Source: Bacteroidaceae bacterium (lineage in GTDB: Bacteria; Bacillota_I; Bacilli_A; RFN20; CAG-826). From it: a stretch of DNA of 64,000 nucleotides. The translations under genes were made by a program, and so were the position numbers. Below, piece after piece: positions 10,055-20,820 of the stretch. Each line of letters opens with the position of its first letter. Within the stretch, counting starts at the first letter, position 1. The notes under the pieces are model-generated. The model was not told the origin of the DNA, did no database searches, and worked only from the letters and a program-made list of their open reading frames with translations. The stretch lies in NCBI GenBank assembly GCA_963624045.1, contig CAVFNI010000004.1, positions 20,931 to 84,930 of the forward strand. The letters are read 5' to 3'.

Positions 10055-13000
10055 TCATAGGCTGGCGCCTTGGTGTTTCTCATAAAGAGAATTCATGATG
10101 AAAATCGTTTGAAACAAGACGTTGAACCAATCGCCGTCCTTTTGAATGCGCAATTTAAGTTTCTTATCCACAAAACTGACGTTTATAACTGACAGATACG
10201 GCGTTAATGCCTCAAATAGTTCTATTCCAATTCCATTGATTCTACTAAATGCGTCGGAAGCCTTAATGTCGACAAAGGAGCCGACCTCTTCTATCCCCTC
10301 AAACGCGGGCCCGCTTAGCAAAACATCCATTTTTCTTTTTCGGATAAGCAACAACACCTCGTCTGGTAATTTCCCATAAACATCGCGAACGTGTGCTTCA
10401 AAACGATTGATCGCTTCGTCGTCGTTAGCGTTCTCAAGCTCTTGATATAGCTCTATCTTATCGCTTTCAATCGCATAATTTTTTGGTATATACGCATCGA
10501 TTGATAAGGTATTTGTCTTAGCAATCTGTTGGGGTTCTGCAAGGTTTTCTTTGTTTTTAATGGCTTCATTAAGCATTTTAAGATATAATTCAAAACCCAC
10601 CGAATCAATAAAACCGGCCTGCTCGGGCCCAAGAATATCCCCAGCCCCGCGAATCATCAAATCGCGTTGTGCGATTTTATAACCGCTACCAAGCTCAGTA
10701 AATTCCTGAATGGCGCTTAAGCGCTTCTTGGCGTCCTCGTTCATCTCTTTTTGCGGGCGATAGGTCAAATAGGCATAGGCGATCCTATTCCCTCGCCCGA
10801 CCCGGCCTTTGATTTGGTATAGCTGGGATAGCCCAAAATGATCGGCATCCTCGACAATAATCATGTTAGCGTTAGGGACATCGATGCCGTTTTCTATAAT
10901 CGATGAGCATACCAAAACGTCGATGCCGCCAAAATAAAACTGTTGCATGATGTCTTCGATTTCGTCTTTTTCCATCTGGCCATGAACAACGCCGATCTTG
11001 GCCTTAGGCAAGGCGCGAGAGAGTTCGGCCGCTTTGGCATATATGGCCATCACTTTGTTATAGACATAAAAGACCTGACCGCCGCGGGAGAGTTCTTTGC
11101 TGATTAATTCTTCCACTAACGCGGATTTATAAGGGGTCACGTAAGTTTGAATAGGCGTTCTTCTTTCGGGAGCCGTATTGATTTCGCTAAGTGGCCTTAT
11201 GCCCACCAAAGACATCTGCAATGTTCTAGGTATCGGAGTGGCACTTAAAGTCAAAACATCCACGTTTTGCTTGATTTCTTTGATTTTTTCTTTTTGTTCA
11301 ACGCCAAAACGCTGTTCTTCGTCGACGATCAAAAGACCGAGGTTTTTATATTTGACGTCTTTCGATAAAAGGCGGTGCGTACCGATAATCAAATCGATTT
11401 CGCCTTTGGCTAACGCCTCAATATCGGCCTTCTGCTTTTTTTCAGGAACTAGGCGCGATAAAACAGCAATCCTCACCCCAAAAGAAGCGAAACGCTCAAT
11501 GGCCACGGAATAATGCTGTCTGGCCAAGAGAGTCGTTGGACATAAGAAGGCAACCTGTTTGCCGGCGCATATCGCTTTAAAGGCCGCCCTAAAGGCCACT
11601 TCCGTTTTGCCAAAACCGACATCACCGCAAACTAATCGGTCCATGATCACCGGTTTTTCCATATCTTCCTTGATCTCTTTAACCGCCTTGGCTTGATCAG
11701 GCGTCAAAGCGTACGGGAATTCCGCTTCGAAACGCGCTTGTAGTTCATCGTCTTTAGGAAAGGCAAATCCCTGCGTTTGCGCTCGGTTTCCATATAACGC
11801 GATTAGTCGGTCGGCCAATTTGTTAATTTTGGCTTTAATCTTCGCCTTCTTTTTCTCCCATTCGCCCGTAAATAAATGCGATAAGCGCGGCGAGGCCCCT
11901 TCTCTAGCACTATATTTACGAACCAAACGGAATTGCTCTAATGGAATGTAGAGAATTTCGTTATCGGCGTATTCGATCTTTAAATAATCGCGATGGATGT
12001 CGCCATCTTCCAAGGTCGTTACCTCAATAAAACGGCCTATGCCGTTATATTCGTGGACAACGAAATCACCGGCTCGCAAATCTTCATAACTTTTCAAAAT
12101 CGTGGCGTTTTTAAATCTTGCGGAGAAACGCGTAGCCGCCACAGAGGAACCAAACAAATCGCCCTCTCCCAAACAAGCCAAATGAAGCTCTGGTATTTCA
12201 AATCCCGACGAAAGAGACGTCTTATTAAGAGAAAGATCGTTCGAGGGCAATAGCCAGCCATCATTTTCTTCGAAAGAAAGCTTGGCCTCCTTCAAGAACC
12301 CAGACACCGTATTTCTTTTGTGCTCGTCATTAAGGGCAATAAGAACCTTATCGCCACTTCGAAGATAGCTTTCAATCGTCGGCGTGATAGCGGCGATGCC
12401 ATTCCCTGCCCTCACGATAGGACGGACACGAAAAAAGAGATCGTTCGGATCCTTAGAAAACTTAGAAGCAAAGCAAATTCTTTTTTGCTTTTTAAATATT
12501 CTAGAAAGCGGTATGTATTCATTTAATCCGGATGGCGCTAGCAATGAGGAATGCAATTCACGCAAATAGCTTCCGGCCTCTTCCATAAGAGAATCGGCGT
12601 TGGCGTCAAATGCGTCTTTATCGGGAACAAACGCGAATTGACAATCAAAATAATCCAGAATAGAAATCGCGTTTTCCTTAGCAAATCCCATGTATTTATA
12701 AAGTGAATTGTGATAATTGCCGCTTTCGATATCATCCAAATCGCCGCCTACATTAGCCAATAATTTTTCTTTTTCCTCGGTATTTAATTTAGTTATGTCT
12801 TCATCAATTTTTCGTGTGACGATATCTTTCAGTCGCCTTTTCTCGTCTTCGGAAAGAAGCAAATCTGAAGCGGGCAAAATATCAACTTCCTCGATGTCTT
12901 TGACTGAAGATTGTGTGGCCACATCAAAATATTTCACGCTTTCGACTTCGTCACCGAAAAATTCAATGCGCACGGGCGAAAGAAGATTGACGGAAAAAAC

Positions 13001-13546
13001 GTCCAATATGTCACCCCTGATGGCAAACTGCAGCGATTGATCAACTTTATTAACGCGTCGATACCCCATCTCCAAAAGGCGTTTCCTCAAATCGCCCAAA
13101 TCAAAAGAGGAGCCCTTTTGTATATGAAGCACATGCCTATCGAAATATTGAGGGTCGGGAAGGTATCTAAGCAAAGCCGCGGGGTGAGTAATCAAAATGT
13201 GATTGCCTTTATTTCGAAGTTGCCCCATAGCATATAGACGTTGGCTCATTAGCTCTTTTGAAGAGGATAAAACTTCGGCCCGCAACAATTCGTCGGCGGG
13301 GAAGAAGGCGAGCTCATCCTCATTAACAAAATCCAAAAGGGCCTCATAAATGTTTTGGGCACTATACAAATTGCTGGCGATAACGGCAAAAGACGCTTTC
13401 TTCTCTTGATAATAATTAGCAGCAAAAAGAGCGGAACCAATCTCACTATCGACCACGAGATGTTTATTTTTGTTATCGACTACCGAAGATAAATCGAGGG
13501 TCTTTAAAGCAGCAAAAAGATTATCGGCGTTACTTATTTTTCCCAT
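10055..13546 (-). CDS. mfd: transcription-repair coupling factor
   Basis: 1163 aa with a UvrB-homology N-terminus, CarD-like domain (VVHEYNGIGRF), helicase motifs GDVGFGKTEVA and DEEQRFGV, and a TRCF C-terminal domain. Confidence 0.95.
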   Translation of the reverse strand: MGKISNADNLFAALKTLDLSSVVDNKNKHLVVDSEIGSALFAANYYQEKKASFAVIASNLYSAQNIYEALLDFVNEDELAFFPADELLRAEVLSSSKELMSQRLYAMGQLRNKGNHILITHPAALLRYLPDPQYFDRHVLHIQKGSSFDLGDLRKRLLEMGYRRVNKVDQSLQFAIRGDILDVFSVNLLSPVRIEFFGDEVESVKYFDVATQSSVKDIEEVDILPASDLLLSEDEKRRLKDIVTRKIDEDITKLNTEEKEKLLANVGGDLDDIESGNYHNSLYKYMGFAKENAISILDYFDCQFAFVPDKDAFDANADSLMEEAGSYLRELHSSLLAPSGLNEYIPLSRIFKKQKRICFASKFSKDPNDLFFRVRPIVRAGNGIAAITPTIESYLRSGDKVLIALNDEHKRNTVSGFLKEAKLSFEENDGWLLPSNDLSLNKTSLSSGFEIPELHLACLGEGDLFGSSVAATRFSARFKNATILKSYEDLRAGDFVVHEYNGIGRFIEVTTLEDGDIHRDYLKIEYADNEILYIPLEQFRLVRKYSAREGASPRLSHLFTGEWEKKKAKIKAKINKLADRLIALYGNRAQTQGFAFPKDDELQARFEAEFPYALTPDQAKAVKEIKEDMEKPVIMDRLVCGDVGFGKTEVAFRAAFKAICAGKQVAFLCPTTLLARQHYSVAIERFASFGVRIAVLSRLVPEKKQKADIEALAKGEIDLIIGTHRLLSKDVKYKNLGLLIVDEEQRFGVEQKEKIKEIKQNVDVLTLSATPIPRTLQMSLVGIRPLSEINTAPERRTPIQTYVTPYKSALVEELISKELSRGGQVFYVYNKVMAIYAKAAELSRALPKAKIGVVHGQMEKDEIEDIMQQFYFGGIDVLVCSSIIENGIDVPNANMIIVEDADHFGLSQLYQIKGRVGRGNRIAYAYLTYRPQKEMNEDAKKRLSAIQEFTELGSGYKIAQRDLMIRGAGDILGPEQAGFIDSVGFELYLKMLNEAIKNKENLAEPQQIAKTNTLSIDAYIPKNYAIESDKIELYQELENANDDEAINRFEAHVRDVYGKLPDEVLLLIRKRKMDVLLSGPAFEGIEEVGSFVDIKASDAFSRINGIGIELFEALTPYLSVINVSFVDKKLKLRIQKDGDWFNVLFQTIFIMNSLYEKHQGASL

Positions 13547-14102
13547 TATAGAAATTCATCGCATATTCAAAACCGTGCATGGCGATATCTCGAAGAGCCT
13601 TGGCTCCAGTGGAGAGAGCTAAATCAATTGATTCGCTATCTTCTTTTGAGGGCTTACCGAGCACATAACTAACCGCATCTTTGCCAGGCGGCTCGCCAAT
13701 ACCGATCCGAAGACGTTTTACCTCGTCCGTCGCAAGGTTATTCATGATACTTTGGATGCCTTTATGACCGCCGCTAGAGCCTTTGGGGCGAAGCCTTATT
13801 TGCCCAGGAGCCAAAGCCATTTCGTCATAAACGACCACGATATCATCGACATCAATTTTATAAAAATTAACCAAAGCGCGGACGCTTTCGCCAGAAAGAT
13901 TCATGAACGTCTGGGGTTTCAAAACCACGATTGATTCGGAAAAACCGGGGTTCTTAATCACCCCATATATTCCCTTAAAATCGGTTCGGTCGAAAACGCC
14001 TCCCGCCATATCCATGAAACGATCGACACACATGAAACCCATATTGTGTCTAGTGTTTTCGTATTCTTTTCCTGGATTGCCCAAGCCAACAAACAATTTC
14101 AT
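13530..14102 (-). CDS. pth: peptidyl-tRNA hydrolase
   Basis: MKLFVGLGNPGKEYENTRHNMGF and GGHKGIQSI are canonical Pth motifs. Confidence 0.92.
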   Translation of the reverse strand: MKLFVGLGNPGKEYENTRHNMGFMCVDRFMDMAGGVFDRTDFKGIYGVIKNPGFSESIVVLKPQTFMNLSGESVRALVNFYKIDVDDIVVVYDEMALAPGQIRLRPKGSSGGHKGIQSIMNNLATDEVKRLRIGIGEPPGKDAVSYVLGKPSKEDSESIDLALSTGAKALRDIAMHGFEYAMNFYNGKNK

Positions 14103-14647
14103 TGCTTTTCTTTAAAAGGAACCTCAATCGCCAAGGAGCGGATGACCGAAATCATACGATCCATTTTCTCATGGTCATAATATTCTAACGGATGTTCTTT
14201 GAGTTCCTCGATGGCGAGAGCCGTGGTTTCTTGCGCCGAATCCTTTTTCATTGCTCCTAGCGATGAATTCAATAAAAGGTTATAAGGGAAGCGCAATTTG
14301 GCAAAATCGAAAGAACCGCGCAACTGATAAAAACGGATGTGATAAATATCCAAAACGTTTTGCTCAATCAATTTACGACGCGTATCTGGATCAGGTATTC
14401 CCATGCCATCAGCGAAAACTATGACGTTTTTCTCCGATATGGAATCCCATTCTTGTAAAAAACGGTCCAATCCTTGAATGGTCCCGCCCATAATCCAACC
14501 GCCAAAAACGATGGTATCGTATTCCAACCATTTCTTAGGTTTAATCTTCTTCAAAGGAAAAACGTCAGCATCAACGGCTTTCGCTAGATCTTCGGCATAC
14601 CTTTTGGTGTTGCCTGTCTTCGAATAATAAAGGACTAGTGTTTTCAT
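14099..14647 (-). CDS. flavodoxin-family protein
   Basis: MKTLVLYYSKTGNTKRYAEDLA is a flavodoxin-type FMN-binding N-terminus. The ATG is at 14645-14647. There is a 4-nt overlap with pth. Confidence 0.6.
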   Translation of the reverse strand: MKTLVLYYSKTGNTKRYAEDLAKAVDADVFPLKKIKPKKWLEYDTIVFGGWIMGGTIQGLDRFLQEWDSISEKNVIVFADGMGIPDPDTRRKLIEQNVLDIYHIRFYQLRGSFDFAKLRFPYNLLLNSSLGAMKKDSAQETTALAIEELKEHPLEYYDHEKMDRMISVIRSLAIEVPFKEKQ

Positions 14648-14687
14648 ATGAAGGAAGTCTACCACTTATCAGTGCCGATAGGCTATT

Positions 14688-15656
14688 ATGGTTGATATGA
14701 AAATTAAAAAATGGTTGTTAGACGTTTTAAAAGGCGCCTCGCTCGGTTTAGGCATGATACCCGGTGTCAGTGCCGGCACGATGGGGCTTATCGTAAAGAT
14801 TTATGAAAGGCTGATCGATGGCATCGCCAACTTGTTCAAGGATTTCAAGACAAGCTTCTGCTCATTGTTACCCCTTGGCATTGGAGCCGTCATTAGCGCT
14901 TTAGCCATTACCATCGGGGTCCGTTATGGTTTCCATTATGCGCCCGTAGCCATCGTCTCCCTCTTCGCCGGCGTAATATTAGGCTTCATGCCTTTAATTA
15001 CTAACCAAGTAAAAAATCAAAAAAAGACTGCAAAACCCCTTTTAATCATGGTTTCAGCCGGTATTTTCGCCGCGGCTATAGGCGTTCTTAGCGCCCTATC
15101 AAAAATCTTTTGGAATTTTGATTTGGAATCTTCTTTTGAAGCGGGCGTTTGGTGGATATATGTCCTTGTTTTCGTAGCTGGCTTCATCGCTGCGGCCGCT
15201 TGTATTGTCCCTGGAATCTCTGGCGCCATGATTCTCTTCATCTTTGGCTTATATAACCCGATTCTTAACACCTTCATCGGCGATCGATCGTTGTTCCATC
15301 TTCACGAAAGGATCGGAAGCGGCGTCGGCATCTTCTTCTCGTTGCTCATCGGAATCATTGCCGGCTTCATTTTGACTAGCAAGGCAATGAAGTCTTTGTT
15401 AGAAAAACATCACGATGTAACCTTTGATGTCGTCATCGGTTTTGTTTATGGTTCCATCATCTCTATGTTCATAAACCAAGAAATGGTAATCGGCTCAAAC
15501 GGAACCATCTTCGTTTACCAAATAACCGAGGTTTGGGAATGGATATTGGCTCCGATTTTGTTAGTTTTAGCGTTCTCCGTGTGTTTTCTACTTTCCAAAA
15601 AACTCAACAAAGAAGATAATTGTGCAGCCGCAAACACAATCGAAAGCGACCAATAG
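14688..15656 (+). CDS. DUF368 family membrane protein
   Basis: Polytopic membrane protein with duplicated (I/V)PG(V/I)S(A/G)(G/A) motifs: MIPGVSAGTMGLIV and IVPGISGAMILFIFG. Confidence 0.7.
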   Translation: MVDMKIKKWLLDVLKGASLGLGMIPGVSAGTMGLIVKIYERLIDGIANLFKDFKTSFCSLLPLGIGAVISALAITIGVRYGFHYAPVAIVSLFAGVILGFMPLITNQVKNQKKTAKPLLIMVSAGIFAAAIGVLSALSKIFWNFDLESSFEAGVWWIYVLVFVAGFIAAAACIVPGISGAMILFIFGLYNPILNTFIGDRSLFHLHERIGSGVGIFFSLLIGIIAGFILTSKAMKSLLEKHHDVTFDVVIGFVYGSIISMFINQEMVIGSNGTIFVYQITEVWEWILAPILLVLAFSVCFLLSKKLNKEDNCAAANTIESDQ

Positions 15657-15680
15657 CATTTTATTAACGAGGCGAACCAT

Positions 15681-16289
15681 ATGCCAAGAACAGCTGAACA
15701 AAGCGCAGCCTTGCGCGAAAAAAGAAGAGCGAAGATTTTACGAAAGAGCCTTCGTTTATTTTGCGCCCTTTCCTTCGATTCCCTAACAATCGACGACATT
15801 GCATCCGCGTGCAATTGCTCGCATGGCCTTTTTTATCACTATTTCCAGTCCAAAGAAGGCGTCTATAACGCCCTTATGAAAGAACGCCACGACAAACACC
15901 CCGAATGGGAGTGCCCCGTCAAAGAAATAAAGGAAATCGGCGGATACGAGGGACTGAAGAAACTTTTCCAATATGTCGCCGCTCGCTTGCATGACACCGA
16001 AGAAGCCGTTTTGTATTTGAATCTAGATTTGTTCCGACCGATGACCACTTCCAAAAAGAACGAGCCGTTAATGGGCGATGATCTTCATAAATTAATCTTC
16101 GCGCTAGTCAAAAAAGCTTATGACGACGGCGATATCACCTCCGGTGACCCCGCCGACTTATCCTCTTTTATAATCGAGACGGCCATCGGCGCCACAATGC
16201 ATCGTTTGTGCGTTGGTTTAACAAATTTTAAGATTGTGAACACCGAATTCTTGTTGCCGTCACTCGGCGTGAAATCATCGTCTAAATAA
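15681..16289 (+). CDS. TetR/AcrR family transcriptional regulator
   Basis: The N-terminal HTH LTIDDIASACNCSHGLFYHYFQSKEGVY is typical of TetR. Confidence 0.8.
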   Translation: MPRTAEQSAALREKRRAKILRKSLRLFCALSFDSLTIDDIASACNCSHGLFYHYFQSKEGVYNALMKERHDKHPEWECPVKEIKEIGGYEGLKKLFQYVAARLHDTEEAVLYLNLDLFRPMTTSKKNEPLMGDDLHKLIFALVKKAYDDGDITSGDPADLSSFIIETAIGATMHRLCVGLTNFKIVNTEFLLPSLGVKSSSK

Positions 16290-17876
16290 TTTCTTTTGGC
16301 GATGAGCCTTCAATCTTTCTTTTTCTTCTTTGCGACCAAATTCCTTGATGTTCGAATAAATTCCTTTTAAACGCGGATACATCAATCGGTAGGCGTTTTG
16401 ATATAGATAATTGTATTTTTCGTGGATTTCCGGATTGGGATGGAAGGTATCTTTTACGCTGACCATATGAGCCACCGCTTCCTTCGTCGACGAATAAACG
16501 CCGATGGCCATGAAACCAGATATCGCCGCGCCCAAACTCGAAGTCTCGCTAGTCTGAACACGCGAAACGGGACGGCCAAAAATGTCGGCAGTGATTTGGC
16601 AGATTTGATCGCTTTGCGAACCGCCACCCGACACCCGAACAGAATCAATACGATGATGAATCTTTCTTTCGAAGTGTTCTAACCCCTCTCTCAAGGCATA
16701 TGCGATACCCTCGATGATGGCGCGATAGAAATGCTCCTGGGTGATGGAGTCGCTAAAACCGATAATGGCGCCCTTCGCTAACGGGCGCGACAATCCAGGA
16801 CCCCAATATGGTTGCAAAACCAAACCGTCGCATCCTGCAGGAACGGAATTAAGCTTTTGATTGAAACTATCAGCCGAGGCATCGGCTGTAATAAGATCAG
16901 TAATGTTTTGCCCGCCAAATTCCTTCAAAAACCAATTGATCATCCAGTAACCACGATATATTTGAATATCCATGTTGTAATACCCCGGAACGCATGATGG
17001 GTAGCCAGGCAAAAATGTCTCTGATTCGGTGTATTTATTTCGCGTTGTTTCAATGCTTGAAGCGGTGCCATAACTTACCGCGGCAACTCGGTCATCAATC
17101 ACCCCCAAGCCTAATGTTTCGCAAGACTTATCGCTGCCTGACGCATAAAGTTTTATCCCTTTTGGCAAACCCGTCGCTTGACTGGCTTCCTCGCTTATCT
17201 CACCCAAAATGGCACCTTCGGAAACGATTTCCGGTAACATGCTTCTTTTGATGCTAAATATTTGACCTTTAAGGTGTTTTTCGGGATTCTTATACCACTG
17301 CTTCTTTTTGAAATCGATCGGATAGTGGCCGGCGCAATTAGAAGAGCTATCAACCAGCTTGCCGGTTAATCGCCAAATAAAATAGGTCGATACGGGGATA
17401 TATTTGTCTACCCTTTGCCAATTTTCCGGCTCGTTTTCAATAATCCAATTGGCAACGCACCGCTTGCGATTGAAATTGATGGTGTTAGTCATGCCCACGA
17501 GAGCAAAAGCCACGCGCGAAAGCAATGGCAATGGCTTTTTACATTCCGCCATCCTTTGGTCGAGCCAAAGAATCATTGGCCTTATAACATTGCGTTCTTT
17601 ATCTAGCAAAACGGCACTATCGCGAAAGCAGGTTAAGCTTATACCGGAGATATTCGGAATGAGATCTGCGTGGTTTTTTGCGATTTTTTGAGTACATTTA
17701 GTCAAGCAATCGTAATACAACGATGGGTTTTGCTCGGCATAATTCGGAAGCGTGGAAAAATAAGGCGGATCATATTTTTCCTTTTCCATCGCCAACACCG
17801 TTCCTTGTTCGTCCCAAACGGAAACACGAACACTTTGGGTGCCAAAATCCATAGTCATAATTAACGATTTAGACAT
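16275..17876 (-). CDS. FGGY-family carbohydrate kinase (substrate unknown)
   Basis: 533 aa with N-terminal MDFGTQSVRVSVWD and a C-terminal VSGGGSQSDQICQITADIFGRPV motif. Its 3' end overlaps the convergent tetR by 15 nt. Confidence 0.8.
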   Translation of the reverse strand: MSKSLIMTMDFGTQSVRVSVWDEQGTVLAMEKEKYDPPYFSTLPNYAEQNPSLYYDCLTKCTQKIAKNHADLIPNISGISLTCFRDSAVLLDKERNVIRPMILWLDQRMAECKKPLPLLSRVAFALVGMTNTINFNRKRCVANWIIENEPENWQRVDKYIPVSTYFIWRLTGKLVDSSSNCAGHYPIDFKKKQWYKNPEKHLKGQIFSIKRSMLPEIVSEGAILGEISEEASQATGLPKGIKLYASGSDKSCETLGLGVIDDRVAAVSYGTASSIETTRNKYTESETFLPGYPSCVPGYYNMDIQIYRGYWMINWFLKEFGGQNITDLITADASADSFNQKLNSVPAGCDGLVLQPYWGPGLSRPLAKGAIIGFSDSITQEHFYRAIIEGIAYALREGLEHFERKIHHRIDSVRVSGGGSQSDQICQITADIFGRPVSRVQTSETSSLGAAISGFMAIGVYSSTKEAVAHMVSVKDTFHPNPEIHEKYNYLYQNAYRLMYPRLKGIYSNIKEFGRKEEKERLKAHRQKKLFRR

Positions 17877-18097
17877 CTTGCTACCTCTTCTAACCCCGCA
17901 ATTTTATCACGCTAGAAACCGATTGAAAAACAGCGCGTAGCACACAAGAAGCAATTCCGTTTTATTCGGACATTGTACGATCTTTTCCTTGCCATAAGCA
18001 CCCTACAGCTTTTTCTTCTTTGAAGAAGATGGTTGTGTTATAGTTTCTACCGTCAGGCACTTGGTTCAGTGCTCTACATTGTCATTAGGAGGACAAC

Positions 18098-20764
18098 ATG
18101 GCAGACAAAAAATACGTTTACTCCTTCAAAGAAGCTCACGAATTTAAAGTCGGAAAAGAGATTCTTGGAGGAAAAGGCTTTGGTCTTGCTGAGATGACCG
18201 CTGCTGGCATCAACATTCCCGCCGGCTTCACAGTCACCACCGAAGCGTGCAACCTCTATTACGATTCTGGCAAACAAATCCCAGATTACGTATGGGAGGA
18301 TGTCGTGAAACATCTTCACGAAATCGAAAAGATCGACAACAAGGAATTTGGCGGAAATGGAATGCCGCTTCTTGTTTCCGTTCGTTCAGGCGCTCGCCAA
18401 TCCATGCCGGGCATGATGGATACCATCCTCAACCTCGGTTTGAATGACGTTACCGTCGAAGCAATGGCAAAAGCCACCAACAACCCGCGCTTTGCTTATG
18501 ACAGCTATCGCCGCTTCATCCTCATGTTCACCAACATCGCTAAAGGCCATCCAAGAACCGAGATGGACAAAATGCTTGATGAACTCAAAGAGAAGAATGG
18601 CTATAAGCTAGATACCGAAGTCACGACCGAACAACTCAAAGATTTGGTGGCCAGCTATAAAGCCTATTACAAGAAAGTCTTCGGCGAGGACTTCCCTTCC
18701 GATCCGTATCTTCAATTAAAAGAAGCCATCGCTGCTGTTTTCCGCAGCTGGGACAACCCACGCGCCAACGTCTATCGTCAAATGAATGGCATCCCTTATT
18801 CTTGGGGAACCGCCGTCAATGTGCAAACGATGGTCTTTGGAAACATGGGCGAAGATTGCGGCACTGGCGTCGCCTTCTCTCGCAACCCTTCGACTGGCGA
18901 AAAGAAAATCTACGCCGAATTCCTTCCTAACGCCCAAGGCGAAGACGTCGTTGCTGGCGTCCGCACCCCTCTTCACATTGATGAATTGAAGAAACGTATG
19001 CCGGATGTCTATGAGCAATTCGTTGCCACCATCGAGCGCATGGAAAAATATTTCCGTGATATGCAAGATATGGAATACACCGTCGAAAAAGGCAAACTTT
19101 ATTTCTTACAGACCCGTAATGGCAAGCGCACCGCCGCTGCCGCTTTGAAGATTGCCTGCGACTTAGTCGATGAAGGCCTTATCGACGAGAAGGAAGCCAC
19201 TTTGCGCGTTGAGCCAAAAGCCCTTAATGACCTTCTCCACCCCACCTTCGATCCCGAAGATCTTAAAAAACACACCCCAATCATCACTGGTTTGCCAGCT
19301 TCTCCTGGCGCCGGAACCGGACACCTTGTCTTCACGGCCGAAGAAGCTAAAGCCGAAAAGGATGCCGGGCGCAAAGTCGTGTTGGCTCGTAGCGAAACCT
19401 CGCCTGAAGACATCATTGGCATGGTTAATGCGGAAGCCATCATCACCGCTCGCGGTGGTATGACCTCTCACGCCGCCGTCGTCGCTCGTTCCATGGGTAA
19501 ATGCTGCACCGCCGGTTGCACCGGAGCCATCATCAACGAAGAAGCCAAGACCATGACCATCAACGGTAAGGTCTATACCGAAAAAGACGTCGTTTCCGTC
19601 GATGGCAACACTGGCAACGTCTATGAAGGTGCCATCAAAACGAAGGAAGCCGATCTCGGCGGAAACTTCGGCCGTATGATGGAATGGGCCGACAAATATC
19701 GTCGTTTAGCCATCCGCGCTAACTGCAACACTCCGCTTGATGCCGAAAATGCTGCCAAATTTGGAGCTGAAGGCATCGGTCTTTGCCGTACTGAGCGCAT
19801 GTTCTTTGCCGACGACAGAATCCTCAATATGCGTTCGATGATTCTAAGCGACACCCCCGAACAACGTGAGGCCGCTTTGGAACGTTTAAGACCATATCAA
19901 GTAGAAGACTTCTACAAGATGTATATGTCTTGCCCCGACTATAAGGTCAATATCCGTCTACTCGACCCCCCACTCCACGAATTCTTACCAGATATCCACG
20001 AAGACGATAAGATCAAAGACATCGCCGAAAAACTCGGCGTCAGCGAGCAAAAGGTTCGTGACCGCATCAACCAACTCCACCAAGCCAACCCAATGATGGG
20101 CTTCCGTGGCGTCCGTCTTTGCGTCGCTTACCCAGAAATCTACCGCATGCAGGCTACCGCCATCATCCAAGCCGCTTTAAAAGCCAGCAAGGATCTCGGC
20201 AAAGATGTCGAACCTGAAATCATGATTCCTCTTACCGGCGAGCAAAAGGAACTCCATTTCGCCAAGCAAGTCGTCGTTGAAGCCGTCGAAGGCGAGATGG
20301 CAAAAGCGGGCCACAAGCTCCACTACCACGTCGGTACGATGATCGAAATCCCAAGAGGCTGCTTACAAGCTGGCAATTTGGCCAACGAAGCCGAATTCTT
20401 CAGCTTCGGCACCAACGACCTCACGCAGCTTACCATGGGCTTCAGCCGTGACGATTCTGGACAATTCCTCCCTTATTATTACGAAAAGAAGATCTACGAA
20501 TTCGATCCGTTCCAGACCGTTGACGTTGACGGTGTCGGCGAACTCGTGAAGATTGCCGTTGAACGCGGCCGTGCCACCAAGAAAGACATCACCATTGGTG
20601 TCTGCGGCGAAACCGGCGGTGATCCAGCGTCCATTCACTTCTACGATAAAGTTGGACTCGATTACGTGAGCTGCTCACCATTCCGTGTGCCTCTCGCTCG
20701 TCTTGCCGCTGCACAAGCCAATATCCTTAACGAAAAGGAAAAGTGCTGCTGCTGCAAAAAATAA
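18098..20764 (+). CDS. ppdK: pyruvate, phosphate dikinase
   Basis: 888 aa. It has a PEP-utilising phosphohistidine region GGMTSHAAVVARSMG, a C-terminal TIM-barrel motif FFSFGTNDLTQ and an AGGAGG Shine-Dalgarno sequence. It ends in an atypical CCCCKK. Confidence 0.95.
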   Translation: MADKKYVYSFKEAHEFKVGKEILGGKGFGLAEMTAAGINIPAGFTVTTEACNLYYDSGKQIPDYVWEDVVKHLHEIEKIDNKEFGGNGMPLLVSVRSGARQSMPGMMDTILNLGLNDVTVEAMAKATNNPRFAYDSYRRFILMFTNIAKGHPRTEMDKMLDELKEKNGYKLDTEVTTEQLKDLVASYKAYYKKVFGEDFPSDPYLQLKEAIAAVFRSWDNPRANVYRQMNGIPYSWGTAVNVQTMVFGNMGEDCGTGVAFSRNPSTGEKKIYAEFLPNAQGEDVVAGVRTPLHIDELKKRMPDVYEQFVATIERMEKYFRDMQDMEYTVEKGKLYFLQTRNGKRTAAAALKIACDLVDEGLIDEKEATLRVEPKALNDLLHPTFDPEDLKKHTPIITGLPASPGAGTGHLVFTAEEAKAEKDAGRKVVLARSETSPEDIIGMVNAEAIITARGGMTSHAAVVARSMGKCCTAGCTGAIINEEAKTMTINGKVYTEKDVVSVDGNTGNVYEGAIKTKEADLGGNFGRMMEWADKYRRLAIRANCNTPLDAENAAKFGAEGIGLCRTERMFFADDRILNMRSMILSDTPEQREAALERLRPYQVEDFYKMYMSCPDYKVNIRLLDPPLHEFLPDIHEDDKIKDIAEKLGVSEQKVRDRINQLHQANPMMGFRGVRLCVAYPEIYRMQATAIIQAALKASKDLGKDVEPEIMIPLTGEQKELHFAKQVVVEAVEGEMAKAGHKLHYHVGTMIEIPRGCLQAGNLANEAEFFSFGTNDLTQLTMGFSRDDSGQFLPYYYEKKIYEFDPFQTVDVDGVGELVKIAVERGRATKKDITIGVCGETGGDPASIHFYDKVGLDYVSCSPFRVPLARLAAAQANILNEKEKCCCCKK

Positions 20765-20795
20765 ATATAGCCGCTTAATTTAGCCGCTTTATTGG

Positions 20796-20820
20796 GCGCC
20801 CCGAAAAGGGGCGCTTTTTT
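20796..20820 (+). terminator. rho-independent terminator of ppdK
   Basis: GCGCCCC-gaaaa-GGGGCGC stem followed by TTTTTT. Confidence 0.85.

Noticed and set aside
16275-16289. A 15-nt 3'-end overlap of the convergent tetR and FGGY kinase genes.
   Set aside because: Short convergent overlaps are common in compact genomes. There is no evidence of antisense regulation.
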